The position numbers and the translations under genes are program-made. The notes under the pieces are model-generated. The model ran no database searches. It was not told the origin of the DNA and saw only the letters and a list, made by a program, of their open reading frames with translations. 64,000 nt of DNA from Eledone cirrhosa (lineage: Eukaryota): positions 305,784,001 to 305,848,000 of the forward strand of contig OZ024742.1 of assembly GCA_964016885.1 (NCBI GenBank). The letters are read 5' to 3'. Each line of letters begins with the position of its first letter. Position 1 is the first letter of the stretch. Below, piece after piece: positions 42,356-58,171 of this stretch.

Positions 42356-42687
42356 CACGCACACATACACACACAAACACATACACACACACATATACAC
42401 ACGCACATACACATACAATCCCATAACGTCGTGTTGTGGAAGGGGGAGAGTTAAGAAGTGTGTAAAAGGAAAGCTCTCTCTCTCTCTTTATGGCCGTCAT
42501 GGAATTTGTTAGTGCAAAAGACTATAAGATTATAAAATCGAAGTTTGTGACTTCGAAATTAATCATTATGAAATAATTTTTTCTTGATATTACAAACGGT
42601 AGCCTATTTTGGCTATGTGTTTAATTTGACAGAGATCGATGGAATATTTTCCAAGTGAAACTCCTTTACACACACACACAGAACGGG

Positions 42688-42700
<13 letters not shown>
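41774..42700 (-). mobile_element. Probable non-autonomous Helitron
   Basis: On the minus strand, a GC hairpin ccgtcc-aat-ggacgg lies ~10 nt before a terminal CTAG|T. Internal duplicated block at 42101-42145 and 42417-42461. The 5' boundary is lost in (TA)n. Confidence 0.5.
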
Positions 42701-42744
<44 letters not shown>

Positions 42745-43854
42745 GTGTATTATGTCGCAAGTACGTAGAGCAAAGCCAGTTACTACACGAATATCCAAAT
42801 GCTTTTCAGCAGTAAGGCAAATGATTTCTAGTGATAGAAGTTGTCGAAACAGCAGCATTAGTATTAATATTAGACATAGCAATGGCGTAAACACCATCTC
42901 TCTAGATGCACCTCACTGTAACCCCATCCCATCGTCATTTCTGTCGGTGTAACAACTAATCCTGAACAAATCACAACTGCTGAAGCTTTATTAAACCTGT
43001 TGCTATGGCAATGTGTAATGAGACGGAACCAGCACATTCATTCTAGCCATAAGTAGCAACATATTTCCAACCACTCACACCCTACAGCTCCTAATTTTCC
43101 GCTGATGACAATGCTACAATTGTTGTTGATGATGACAATGATGATGATGATGATGACGACGACGATGATGATGATGATGATGATAGTGATATTAATAATG
43201 GTGATGAGTGTGATGTTTATGATGGCAGTAATAACAATGGCAACATTTAGTATTGTGTTCATTATAATGATGATGATGATGATGTTGATGGTCATTATAG
43301 CAGAAATAACAATAATAGCAATATGTATGGGATGATGTTGATGATGTTGAAAGCAGTAATAACAACAATATATATGGTTACTATGACGAGAAAGTGAGCC
43401 ATATTGACAAGTACATCAGTAACTCGCCCCACCTTCGAACAACAACAACAATCAGCAGTAATTTACAAAAATATCAATATCAGTGATAGTAATGTTTTCT
43501 TTTATAGTGACATGAGTAACGGATGGGGCACATTACAAGGACAAATTAGAAAAACGATGGGGGTTTTAAATGGAATATTGTAAACAGACCTGGGAAAAAG
43601 CAAAAAGAAAAAAAAAACAAGGAAAACAGCAATAGTAATCTAACAAAAAGCTTTGGAATGGAATCTGCGCATAATAACTGATAAGAGACATACGTCTGGC
43701 ACCAGGGGTGAATCAAGAATGCAAACAGTAACAACAACAATCATTTCTTTAATAACCGCAAGAACGATGAATGTGGGACGAATAATAACGATAACTTTGA
43801 TAATAATAATAATAATAATAATAACAACAACAACAATGATAATAATAATAATGA

Positions 43855-44392
43855 TTTTTTTTATTGGCCACAAGGGCTGACATCAAGAAAAACATTACAT
43901 ACAGCACAGGACGGTACAGGACGGTACGATGTGGGTTTTGTGCGTGTAAATATTTTTATTATTTATATAAGAAAAGAAAAAGAAAAAGACATAGAAACAT
44001 ATATATATATATAAACAAGAAAAAGGAAAATTGAAACAATGAAAAATTCCCCAATAAGGGGGAAACCTCCGAGGGTTACTCGTGGCGAAAATAACACAAA
44101 AGACCACGGCCACCCTGACCACCAGGGCAAGCGCCCTCTCTCAATTTTTTCATCTCTCAAACTACAGGCGTATATTCAGAGCGGTCCCGTTCACTCGGAC
44201 CATTCTCGTTACATTCACCCACCTTTCAAAAAACTTGCTAGACGGCAGCACTTGCCTCTCCACCCTGATTTTCCTCTTCAAGTGAAACTTGAAAAAGTTA
44301 ATTAGGGATTCGCCGGAGAGGAAAGTGTCTGTCTTTAACCCTTTCAACCTTGTCCACCACACAATCTCTTTCGCCATGGCCACCAGGCAGAT
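43855..44392 (-). mobile_element. 3' fragment of the same L1/Tx1 family
   Basis: MAKEIVWWTRLKGLKT...FFKFHLKRKIRVER matches 17284-17520, with the same 3'UTR and (AAT)n on both flanks. Confidence 0.85.
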
Positions 44393-45258
44393 GATAGTAA
44401 TAATAATAATCTACAACGAAGAGATTGATAAATTATGAAATATATTGGCAATGGTCTGGGTGAAACAAGAAACATGTAAAACGACATGGTAATTTCTTTT
44501 ATTTAGAGGAATAGTTGAGACTCTTACGACACCAAATACTACACGAACTCAGTCCACGTCTAAGTAAAGAGATTTTTGTCATTAATCTGGCGGCTTAAGT
44601 TGAAGAATAAGTTTTGATCAAAGCGAAACATGTCTGGAGTCGTCTTTCTTAAATGTCGAAATTATGAAAATAAATATTGACTATTATTTTTCATCTTCAC
44701 CAGATATTTAATTTCTACTGATATTTAAAATGCACCCCTCATTAAATATATTTACATTTAGTTAATTGTAGTTCATTAATTTGTTTTATGCGTGATTTAT
44801 AGTGAAGAGTAAGAGTAGAAACCAGGATTTTCTAGAACACCCGAGACTGATGGGTGGAAATGAGCAATGTGAATTTCGTTAAAGTTACTTAAGAGCAATG
44901 AGGTAGTGCTATTACACAGGTCTAGGGCTCAAGAAATGTTTTCCGCACAGTATTATTCTACATTCATACACAACCTCAGGCTATGGAAAATGGTATTTAC
45001 TCAAAGATTCATGCTTTGGGATTCAACCCAAGATTGTGTTTGCGAAGTAGATTTCATAACCACACAGTTATGCCTAATCTGGAAGATGGAGCGAGAGAGA
45101 AAATGTCGCGCGACATAGATAGGTAGGTTGATAGACACATAGACTGATACGTAGCTAAGTTTATAAAGAAATTGATAGGTATTCGATTAATCCACTTAAA
45201 TAAATTCACATACACACACAAACACGGAGAAAAAAACACACACACACACAAATACACC

Positions 45259-45393
<135 letters not shown>

Positions 45394-45611
45394 TGTGAGA
45401 GAGATGGGTGAGGGAGCTAGAGAGTGGAGGGATAGATATGATATAGTTAGGAAGGTAGATATGTAAGTAGCGACGAAAGGAATTTATTGGACATATTACA
45501 ATTGTTTCTCGGGCGACCAGCTAGAGGCACGATCGATATGGTGATCAAACCTGACTCCTCTGAAATCGCGCGGACCTCGGATACGTCTCGATTCTACGAA
45601 GCAGATTTTCC

Positions 45612-45666
<55 letters not shown>

Positions 45667-45669
<3 letters not shown>

Positions 45670-45860
45670 CGAAGGAAATGTGGTAAGGAACCAGGTGGAC
45701 CATAACGCACCAAAGTACTCAATACTTGAGGTAGTAGAGTGGGTAATAGGAACCAGTAAGACCCCGACAGCTGAGCTCAAGCCGTTTCGACGGCTAATTC
45801 TGGACTCAGAATTAGCCGTCGAAACGGCTTGAGCTCAGCTGTCGGGGTCTTACTGGTTCC
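45667..45860 (-). mobile_element. Family P fold-back element, copy F
   Basis: Same structure, flanked by (TA)n. Confidence 0.8.
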
Positions 45861-46004
45861 TATATATATATATATATATATACAAGTGGAAGCTTAGTAA
45901 AATCGAAGCTTTGGCTGTGGCCAAAGATAGATAGATAGATATATAGATAGATAGATATATAGATAGATAAATATAGATAGATAATATAGATAGATAGATA
46001 GATA

Positions 46005-46140
46005 TGTTTCTTTATTAGCCACAGGGGCACAAAAGAAGGGGACAAATACAAAGGGGGAAGTTTACATACAATAAAAACGTGTAAAATATTATCACAAATG
46101 CAATTTAAAAATTAGTCGATTTTCCCCAATAGGGGGAGAC
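46005..46140 (-). mobile_element. 3'UTR remnant of the same L1/Tx1 family
   Basis: tttctttattagccacagg...ccccaatagggggagac matches 17043-17190. Confidence 0.6.
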
Positions 46141-46623
46141 ATTACATATGGGTAACACATACCCCCGAAAAAAAATGTGCAACCCTCATCTCCAGGAGTT
46201 ACGAAGAGTTTGTACTCCTTTCCTCTCCTCCTCTTTTTCCTCAACCTACAAATATAGAGATTATCACACTGTGGAAAAACAAAAAGCTTATAAAGTGACC
46301 AACAGACAGATTGCCAGGATAAAGAGATAAAAAATAAAATACTACTACTACTAATAATTATTATTATTATTATTGTTATTATAATATTAAAATTAAAAAT
46401 GAACACTGAGCTCGATAGTTAGATATAGTTAGATAGACAGGAGATATCATACATATACACACAAACATAAGACAAGCAGAAAGACATGAGTAGACAGAGG
46501 AAAAAAAACGGAAGAGGAGAAAAAATAGATGGCTTGGCAAGAACGCGAATAGAACTAGTTGACTTCACAGACAAACATAAAAGGAAGCTAATATAAAGCA
46601 CACACATATATACACATATATAA

Positions 46624-46712
<89 letters not shown>

Positions 46713-47449
46713 CATATACATATATATATATAATGGACATCATAATGCCACCACCTCCATCCCGATGCTTTGAAGATGTAAGAGATATGTTCATATAGCA
46801 TAGCGAACAAAGAGTTGTAGTGATGGAGATAGAAATAGAGACAGACTTGAAAGGATGGAAAACATGATAAAGAGGAAGAGGGAGGAAGGAAAAGAAAAAA
46901 AGGTATATATGTGTGTATGTGTGTGTATGTGTGTGTGTGTGTGTGTGTGTTTGTGTGAAAGAGAAAGTACGAATAGAGAAAATCTATGGTGAGGGATGGT
47001 AATATTGAAATTTGATTTCACATAGTTGCTCTAGCTGAGAGAGGTAGAGAGGGAAAAGGATAGTGGTGTAGAGATAGAGACACATACACAATATGTTTTT
47101 TTTTAGAACTACAATTGACAGACAGAATTGTGAACGTAGCTTCGAACGATGAACACGAGTTTATAGGTACAAGTGGTTACGTTTGTAACATTTTGTTATT
47201 TCGGAAAATAAATATTTATATATTCACTCACATGTGTTACAACATTGATGACAGGCATTCCAACTGTGTGATGCTTTTTAAACATGAATTTGTCTCTGAT
47301 AATTGTTATATAAACAAGTACATATAATATTCACTGTCTGCCACTGTGAGAACTCTTTAAATAACTGTCCTCGTTATTTCTCTTCCTACTATCTGTACTA
47401 ACATTTCATTTCACTATTCTACGCACAGACGGCAAAATAAACAACACTG

Positions 47450-48345
<896 letters not shown>

Positions 48346-48485
48346 GCAAATTGTTCAAGACCCCGACGGCAGAGCTCAACCGTCAGGGTCTTGAACAATT
48401 TCCTATTATCCACTCTACTACCCTAAGTATTAAGTACTCTGGTGCGTTATGGTCCACCTGGTTCCTTACCACACTTCCTTCCTTA
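48346..48485 (+). mobile_element. Family P fold-back element, copy G (collapsed centre)
   Basis: aaattgttcaagaccccgacgg...ccgtcagggtcttgaacaattt plus the same tail, in (TA)n. Confidence 0.75.
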
Positions 48486-48495
48486 TATATATACA

Positions 48496-48570
<75 letters not shown>

Positions 48571-48913
48571 AATCTTAAAAACCTTTAAAACGGAGACTAT
48601 AATCATCCGTATGTGTTTCATCACAAGTCTGCTCATTCTTAATTTATCGTAGAGGTAAAAACCAAAACTAACAGATAGACCTGTTAGACATGAAACAAGT
48701 AGTTCTCAAATCTCGCTCTTGAATGACATAATTACATAGAAAACATATGATCATGGTTTGAGGGAAAACTATAATGTTTTCACTCAAATTGGTTGGGCAG
48801 AATTGTAGCTACGAACAAATAGGGATGACATCATGTTACATGTCAAAAATAAATGAAAAAATAAAATAAGACAAACATGAGCATTTTCATAACTTTTCTA
48901 TTGCATCATTATT

Positions 48914-49092
48914 GGCAGTATCGGTAGAGGGTCGGACGCCATGTTTTGACGCATAGAGTTACGGCCCTTGCCATTCTGAGTTCAAATCCCGCCGAGGTTA
49001 ACTTTGCCTTTCATCCTTATGGGGTCGATAAAATAAAGTAGCAGTAATACACTGGTTAATTGCTGGGCTTGTGCCAAAAGTAGACACAGTTA
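48914..49092 (+). mobile_element. Same SINE family
   Basis: Full-length match to 55671-55850. Confidence 0.75.
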
Positions 49093-49309
49093 TTCATATT
49101 ACACCTTATGACCTCCTGTCTAGGTAACACCCGAACTTCAGACGCAGCAACTAACTTTAGTAAGCAACTCTCTTATGTTATTTATCAGACCAGATATACA
49201 ACATCAACATCATGTAATAGAGAAACATTAGTTTTTTGGTCCTTTCGATATTCTACTTACATATTCTCTCTTCCTCTCATAATGTAGGTGTAAACGCACA
49301 CACTAACAA

Positions 49310-49356
<47 letters not shown>

Positions 49357-49366
49357 CATACATACA

Positions 49367-49414
<48 letters not shown>

Positions 49415-49458
49415 TATACATGTATATATATATTTATATGTATATATATATATGTATG

Positions 49459-49513
<55 letters not shown>

Positions 49514-49538
49514 ATGCACACTCACATACGTACAGGTG

Positions 49539-49638
<100 letters not shown>

Positions 49639-49834
49639 TAATAGGAATTCCAACTTCGTCTGATTTACTCGTTGTATTTACAATCCTTTAAAATTATAAA
49701 AAAATTATAATGATATTATAATGAAATATTATGGTAGAATATTAAATGATAAATGTTAATTGAACAAGTACTTTCATGCTTTCGCAATCTTCAGGTTCAT
49801 ATTCAGTGGTGACAGTCAAGTTTGCAATTTTCAA

Positions 49835-49890
<56 letters not shown>

Positions 49891-50996
49891 TAAAGAGTAG
49901 TTTTAACAATACTACACCGACTCATCCTTCCCCTCTCTATTTACATCTACCAAACCACCACCAACACCACTACCACTACCACCAACACAACCGTCTCAGT
50001 CGATTTCGTATAAATTGATCCTTGCTGTGTTTCTTTGTTTATTATGTATATTGTATTATGTATATGTTCTGTAAGCGTGTGTTTTGTATATGAATATGTG
50101 TATGTATTGCTCGCATGTGTGTACGCGTGTGTGTGTGTATGTGAGTCTGTTTGTATGTGTGTGTCATTGTTTGCTGTTCTATGTACCTTCTCATCACGGA
50201 TTAGAACTCCTCCTGGCTAAAATATTGTTTACTTCCGCCTCCCACTGTTTCTTTATATCACACTTCATCTGTTGTCAGTTGGCTAGCATTTCATAGACGT
50301 TCCTCTAGTTGTGCTGCTGATGGTTGGTGGTGGTGGTGGATGTGGTGGTGGTGGTGGTGGTGGTGGTGGTGGTGGGGGTGATGGTGGTGGTGGGGATGAT
50401 GGATGTGGTGGTGGTTGGGTGGAGATGGTGGTGGTGGTTATGGTGGTGGTAGTAGATGTGGTGGTGGTAGTGATGGATGTGGTGGTGGTGTGGTAGTGGT
50501 GGACGTAGAGGTGGTGGTGGTGGTGGAGGTGGTGGTGGAGGTGGTGGTGGTGATGTTGGTAGTAGAGGTGGTGGAGGTGGAGGTGGTGGTAGTGGAGGAG
50601 GTGGTGGAGGTGGACGTGGAGGTGGTGGTGGAGGTGGAGGTTGGGCGGTGAATATGGAGGTGGCGTTGGGGCTGGTAGTGATTGTTGTGGTGTTCGTCAT
50701 CGTCCCCATCATCATCGTAATTATCAGCACCACCTGAAGCACGATCATCACCACAACACCACCAACACCAACACCAACACCAACACCAACACCACCATTA
50801 CCATCATCATCACCTTCATCATCATCATCATAACTACAACCATCATTGTCCGCGTAAACTAAACCACCACCACCACCACCACCACCATCATCACCAGCAT
50901 CATTTCAACTATCACCACCACCAACACCATCACCATCATTATCACTACCATCATCACCATAACTACAACCACCATTGTCCGCGTAAACTAAAGTAA

Positions 50997-51027
<31 letters not shown>

Positions 51028-51409
51028 CCAGCATCACCACCACTACCACCACCACCATCAACACCACCACCACCACCACCACCATCACCAGCATCACCAC
51101 CACCACCATCATCACCAACATCACCAACATCACCACCACCGCCACCAACACCATTTTCATTACCATCACCATATTCAACATCACCGCCACATTTGTTATC
51201 ATTGTTGTTTCTTGCATGAACATTATTATTGATGTCAGCATCATCATCATCATCATCGTCATCATCATCAACATTTTCATCATCATCATTATCATCTTCA
51301 TGAAAAATTGTTATTATTATTATTATTTGCTTGTAAGTTATGTTTTCCTCAGCCACAACTTTTCACCATTGCATTACACCGCCACATTAACCACTACTAC
51401 CACTAGCAA

Positions 51410-51765
51410 GAAACAGAACCACCACCACTACCACCCCTCCAAACAGAACCACCACCACCCCAAACAGTACCACTACCACCCCTCCAAACAGTAACCCCCC
51501 CCAAACAGTACCACTACCACCCCTCCAAACAGAACCACCACCACCCCAAACAGTACCACTACCACCCCTCCAAACAGTACCCCCCCCAAACAGTACCACT
51601 ACCACCCCTCCAAACAGAACCACCACCACCCCAAACAGTACCACCACCACCACCACTACCACCCCTCCAAACAGTACCACCACCACCCCAAACAGTACCA
51701 CTACCACCCCTCCAAACAGAACCACCACCGCCCCAAACAGTACCACCACCACCACTACCACCCCT
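51410..51765. repeat. C-rich minisatellite
   Basis: Alternating aaacagaaccaccaccacccc and aaacagtaccactaccacccctcc units. Confidence 0.85.
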
Positions 51766-51904
51766 CCACCCCTCCATTAAATAGTCACATTCCGTTCCAA
51801 TCCCTTCTGCTATCCACCATCCACATTCGGTAACTTTGCTGTACTTGTGTCTGTCTGTTTGTCTCCTTATTCTATATTGCTTTCTTTTCTTTCCCCTTTC
51901 TACC

Positions 51905-52766
<862 letters not shown>

Positions 52767-53944
52767 ATTGTTTCTACTTTTGGCACAAGGCCAGTGTATA
52801 CCCAGTGCATTACTGGTACTTTATTTTATCGACCCCATAAGGATGAAAGGCAAAGTTAACCTCGGCGGGATTTGGACTCAATATATTTGTTTCTAGGACC
52901 CTTTCGACTTTATTTATTTATTTATATATATATATTACCTTCTTACGTTCACCTCCGACGGCCTCAACTACCTATATAACACCCGAGTCTCCCCAACCAC
53001 ATACATATCAGCAATCTTCTTTACTATACATTCTTATGTTTTCATTCTTCCAACAACCCAACAACCACTGCAAACCTGCTCCAACCTCTACCACCACCAC
53101 CGCCAGAACAACATCCACACATTTTATTCTTTCTTTCCGTTCTGTTCCCTGTACCTTAATCTCTGCCCTCCTTTTATTTCCCCACCCCATCGCACAGCCA
53201 TCAAATTCTATTTTTTTTAAATTATATTTATATTTAGATTTAGATCTTCTACTCTCTCTCACCCCTTTTAAATGCCCCCTCCCTCACACCCTCGCCGCTT
53301 ATGTTCTCTCCTTAGCTAAACCCCACTTCTCCACCACGGCCATATTTTTTTTAACATTTTGCTCTCTCCTTCATCGTTTTCTTCTCTTTCCTTCAATTTG
53401 TCTTTCTCTAATCCCTCTACTATCTCTTTCTCTCTAATCTCCATCTCTCAAAACCCTTTGCTTTTCTTCTCTATCCGCCATATTTCTAATCCCTTTTCTA
53501 TATCATTCTATCACCCTTCTCTCTAAATCTTTTGCTAGCTCTTGCTCCACAACTCCCTCCTTTCTAACTCTTATATTATCTACTCCTCTCTTTAATCTTA
53601 TTTTCCTTTCTTACTACCTCTTTCTAAGTCTTTGCTCTTTCTTTTCTCTCCATCTCTCCTCTTTATCGACACTAATTATTTCTTTTGCCACAACTCTCGT
53701 TCGTTCATTTCTTCCTTTAAAACCGCCCCCCCCCCCCCCGCCGCCGCTCTCTCATTCACAATCACTCTTATACCAGCAATACTCCTCGCACCCCTAACCA
53801 TTACTATATCCTCATTTATTCAATCCTCTCTACATCCATCTCTATCGTTTACTTGTGTTCACTTCCAACTCTCTATTCACTTGTTTCTTTCGAATTACAC
53901 CTCCTCCGATTGCACCACTTTCTCAACACATATACGCATCCCCG

Positions 53945-53980
<36 letters not shown>

Positions 53981-53988
53981 TTATATAC

Positions 53989-54025
<37 letters not shown>

Positions 54026-54034
54026 CATATATAA

Positions 54035-54131
<97 letters not shown>

Positions 54132-54557
54132 CATATATATATATATACATATATATATACATATATATTTATTTATATACACACATATATATATATATAT
54201 ATATATTACATTTACTTCCCAGGTCTACTTACCCCTCCTTTCACCATTACCATTGATATTATTCTCTCTCTCTCTCTCTTTCTCTTTCTCTTCTTGCCCC
54301 CTTGCATCTCTCTTTTCCATAGCTCCTTGCCTCCACACTCTCCACCATAGCACTTTACCTATTTTCTTGAATTTCAGTAAAATATGACAGTAAAAAATTT
54401 AAAAGATAAAAACTATAAATGTACAGAATAAAGCTATCATGGCAGCACGTAGAGGGTCCCCGCCCTCTCCCATCCCACTCTGTTCTACTAGAAAAATAAA
54501 GACATTTAAATGTAAAGAAATATAAATAAACTTTTATATACGTATATACACACATAC

Positions 54558-54602
<45 letters not shown>

Positions 54603-54638
54603 CATATATATATACATACATATATAAATACACACACA

Positions 54639-54707
<69 letters not shown>

Positions 54708-54908
54708 AAATATAATATAGTATAATACATGTGTGTGTGTGTGTAATTATATGTAAATTGAAAGTAAATTAAATAGAAACTATCGCGCACACACACACAT
54801 ACATATATATATATGCAGATATATATGTATGCATATATCTGTGTGTGCGCGTGTGTGTTGTGCGCATGAATACATACATGCATAAGTATATGTACATGTA
54901 TGTATATG

Positions 54909-54990
<82 letters not shown>

Positions 54991-55670
54991 GAGAGATAGA
55001 GAGAAGATTGTGTGTAAGAGAGAAAGAAAGAGAGAGTGTAAATTATAAACACATGTACATATATGGTTGTATGTATATTTACTCGTGTGTATGAAGTCGT
55101 GTTTACATGTATAACACTGTACTATTGGAAACGTATGGAAAAAGTAAAGATATGAAAGCAAAGAAAAAGGTTGAAAGACAGCAGTGAGCGTTGCTACAAA
55201 GAACCAGGAAAGCAACAATAATAGTTTCATTATTTGTCATTATTGCGAATAGAAGATATATGGGAAATATTAATATAAATTATATATTATAAGTTCTTCA
55301 TGCAGAAGGAGTCTATGGGATATTTCAACTATTTAATATCTTCAACTTGCTTTATTGATTAATGTTTATTCAATCAACCTCTTTAATATTTAGTTATCTA
55401 GATCTAGTTTGTAATAGTTTGATAACGTTATTTAAGAAACTCGAAACATGTTCTGTGTTTGGACTCCAAACCTCATTCCTCCGACCAATTTATATTTTGG
55501 TGTTGTATATCCTTCCTTTCTTGACAAGAATTAATAATTAAAACTAATGATATTTTTTCTCATCCCTATGACAGACCTGTCAACTTTTCCCGCCCGATTT
55601 GTAATAACGTTTGTGGTGTGTGAAAGATGTCTTCTCTTGTGAAAATGGGTATAGCTTTCATTGGTGAATT

Positions 55671-55850
55671 GGCAGTATCGGTAGAGGGTTGGACGCCATG
55701 CTTTGACGCATAGAGTTACGGCCCTTGCCATTCTGAGTTCAAATGCCGCCGATGTTAACTTTGCCTTTCATCCTTACGGGGTCGATAAAATAAAGTACCA
55801 GTAATGCACTGGGATAATTGCGGGCCTTGTGCCAAAAAGTAGAAACAATT
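55671..55850 (+). mobile_element. Abundant tRNA-derived SINE (best copy)
   Basis: ggcagtatcggtagag...gagttcaaat (A/B boxes), then actttgcctttcatccttacggggtcgataaaataaagtaccag, then ccttgtgccaaaaagtagaaac. The central block resembles the Deu/Nin SINE domain (from memory). Confidence 0.75.
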
Positions 55851-57538
55851 ATGTTAAATGTCCCCATTTTGCCTCATTTCTCTCTGTTTTTTCATGGTAC
55901 TCCCCCGTTTGGGGTTTTAGAGATTGTCAGGTTTGCTATGGCTGTAATTCTGATTACCTATAGATTCCAGCCAACAATAGCTCCCTACTCGAGTGGAATA
56001 TAGTGTCTTGGAATATGATTAAAAAACTCACACAAATGGTGTTATTTAAGCAAATATAGCTGAGACACTGCCTAAAACATTAAATCATCTATGTAGGTGT
56101 GCTTGTCGTTGTTGTATGTATGTGCTTGTTTTGTGTGTCCATATATGTGTGTGTCCGACACATATTTATGGGTTAGACTTATTTGTACATAATTAATGCA
56201 TCATTTATTTATTTATCTCCAACCTTAAAATGTAAAAATACTTTCCTCCATAGTTTGTTGTCGCTAACTACCAACATTTCAGGTGACAAACTCACACAAA
56301 ATTAACAGCTAGTCAATCTCCAAATTGGAATATTTGAAATGTCAAAAACACAGCCTAAGAGGAGATGGTAGATGAGGTGGTTGTAAAGATTGAAGGTGTG
56401 GTTGTAATGGTCGTGAATGCAGTTGTGTTGATAGTGATGATAACGATTTCAAGTAGTTGTAGGAATATTATTTAAGTGTGAAACATAAAATAAACAAGCG
56501 ACATCACAGTCTATATAATCTACGATAGCTGGAGTGGTAGTTGTGGTGGTGGGGAGTTTACTCTTCAAAATGTGCGATGATACACATATATACCTGGTTT
56601 GCGTATGTGAATCTCTGTGTTTAAAAAGAATTGAAGAATAAAATGAGACAGGTAGAGATAGATAGTGATAGAGAGTGAAAGAGTTTGAGAGAGAGTAGGG
56701 GAGGGAGTCAATATAATATAATGAACCAGCTGAATTGAACATAGTAACTTGCCCCCTCCTCCACACGCACATAGAGGCTTACAGTAATATGTTAAGTAAA
56801 AATCAGCGGGGTAGGGATATCCATAAATATAGCGCTAAAGAAAAAACAAGGAAAGAGATAGGTAGAGGATTAGGTTGATATAAAGAGAAAGAAGGAGAAA
56901 TGCTTATAGGTATACAAAGCTGGAAACAAATGCTAATAAGTCAAACACAGCGAATCAATAGAGAAAGAAAGATGAAGAATTCAGAGATAAATAGAGAAAT
57001 ATCACTTTCAAAATGTGTGTATTTTAGCGCGTAAGTATGTGTATGTATGTATGTTTTTATGTATGTACTGTTTAGATTGGAGGCGTATGTGGTAATGTGA
57101 ATGTATGCGTCTAAGTTGGACTATTTTAGTCTTCTATTATAATTCAATTCATACATAAAATGGTGTATAACAATAATAAATCGCCTTACTACGTTTTAAA
57201 GCTAATGTGTGTTCCAAGCCCGGAGGTACGTCAGATAGGAGCTTAGCCCGGTTTCATTAGGTGTAAGCGAATGGCAGCATGGTATATAGCGATCGTAAGA
57301 CGAACATCTGAAGTAACCAGACATATATATACATATATACATACATATATACACACACACGCACACACTGACATACACACACACATATACATATATATAT
57401 ATATATATACGAGTATCCGCTCCGTTACTCCTAGTATGGTTAGCCCACATACGCGTCTAAACCAGCCCCTGTTGAGTGATTAACTTGAGAGCAGTCAGAA
57501 TTTGGTAAATAGTTTTCCTATTTTTTTCTTATCGTCTT

Positions 57539-57601
<63 letters not shown>

Positions 57602-58104
57602 GCACGCACACACGCACACATATATGTATGTCATGAACAGTATAAGACAACCATAAACAATTAACAATACAATAAAACAAAACTTGGCATGGTGGTGATT
57701 ACCTGCTCACCTGATTTACTAGAAATACCAGCCATATATCGTTCAAATCACACCCTGCCGTTTAAAATATAGGGCTCATTAGATGATGTGTAGGATGGTC
57801 ATCTTATAGGTAGAATGTCTATTGTATTAGGTCTGCTCTGGGGAATATCAACAATAAAAATGCTAAGTACATATCACAACAACTGCAATACACAAAAAAT
57901 AATCCCCGACACAAGATAGAAGAAATAATACCCAGCGGTCGACTTTAAATAGAAAAATAACAACAATAACAACAACGACAGAAATAAACACGCAGAATCA
58001 CAACAATAAACCTCAGTAATAAACAAAAGATCAAAGACTGGGCTCAGCTGTAAAATACAGAGTGTGGTTGGCGGCTATGGTTTATATATATGTACGTATG
58101 TTTT

Positions 58105-58171
<67 letters not shown>

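Noticed and set aside
51410-51765. CRISPR-like or telomeric array
   Set aside because: No unique spacers, eukaryotic context and not TTAGGG; it is a plain minisatellite.
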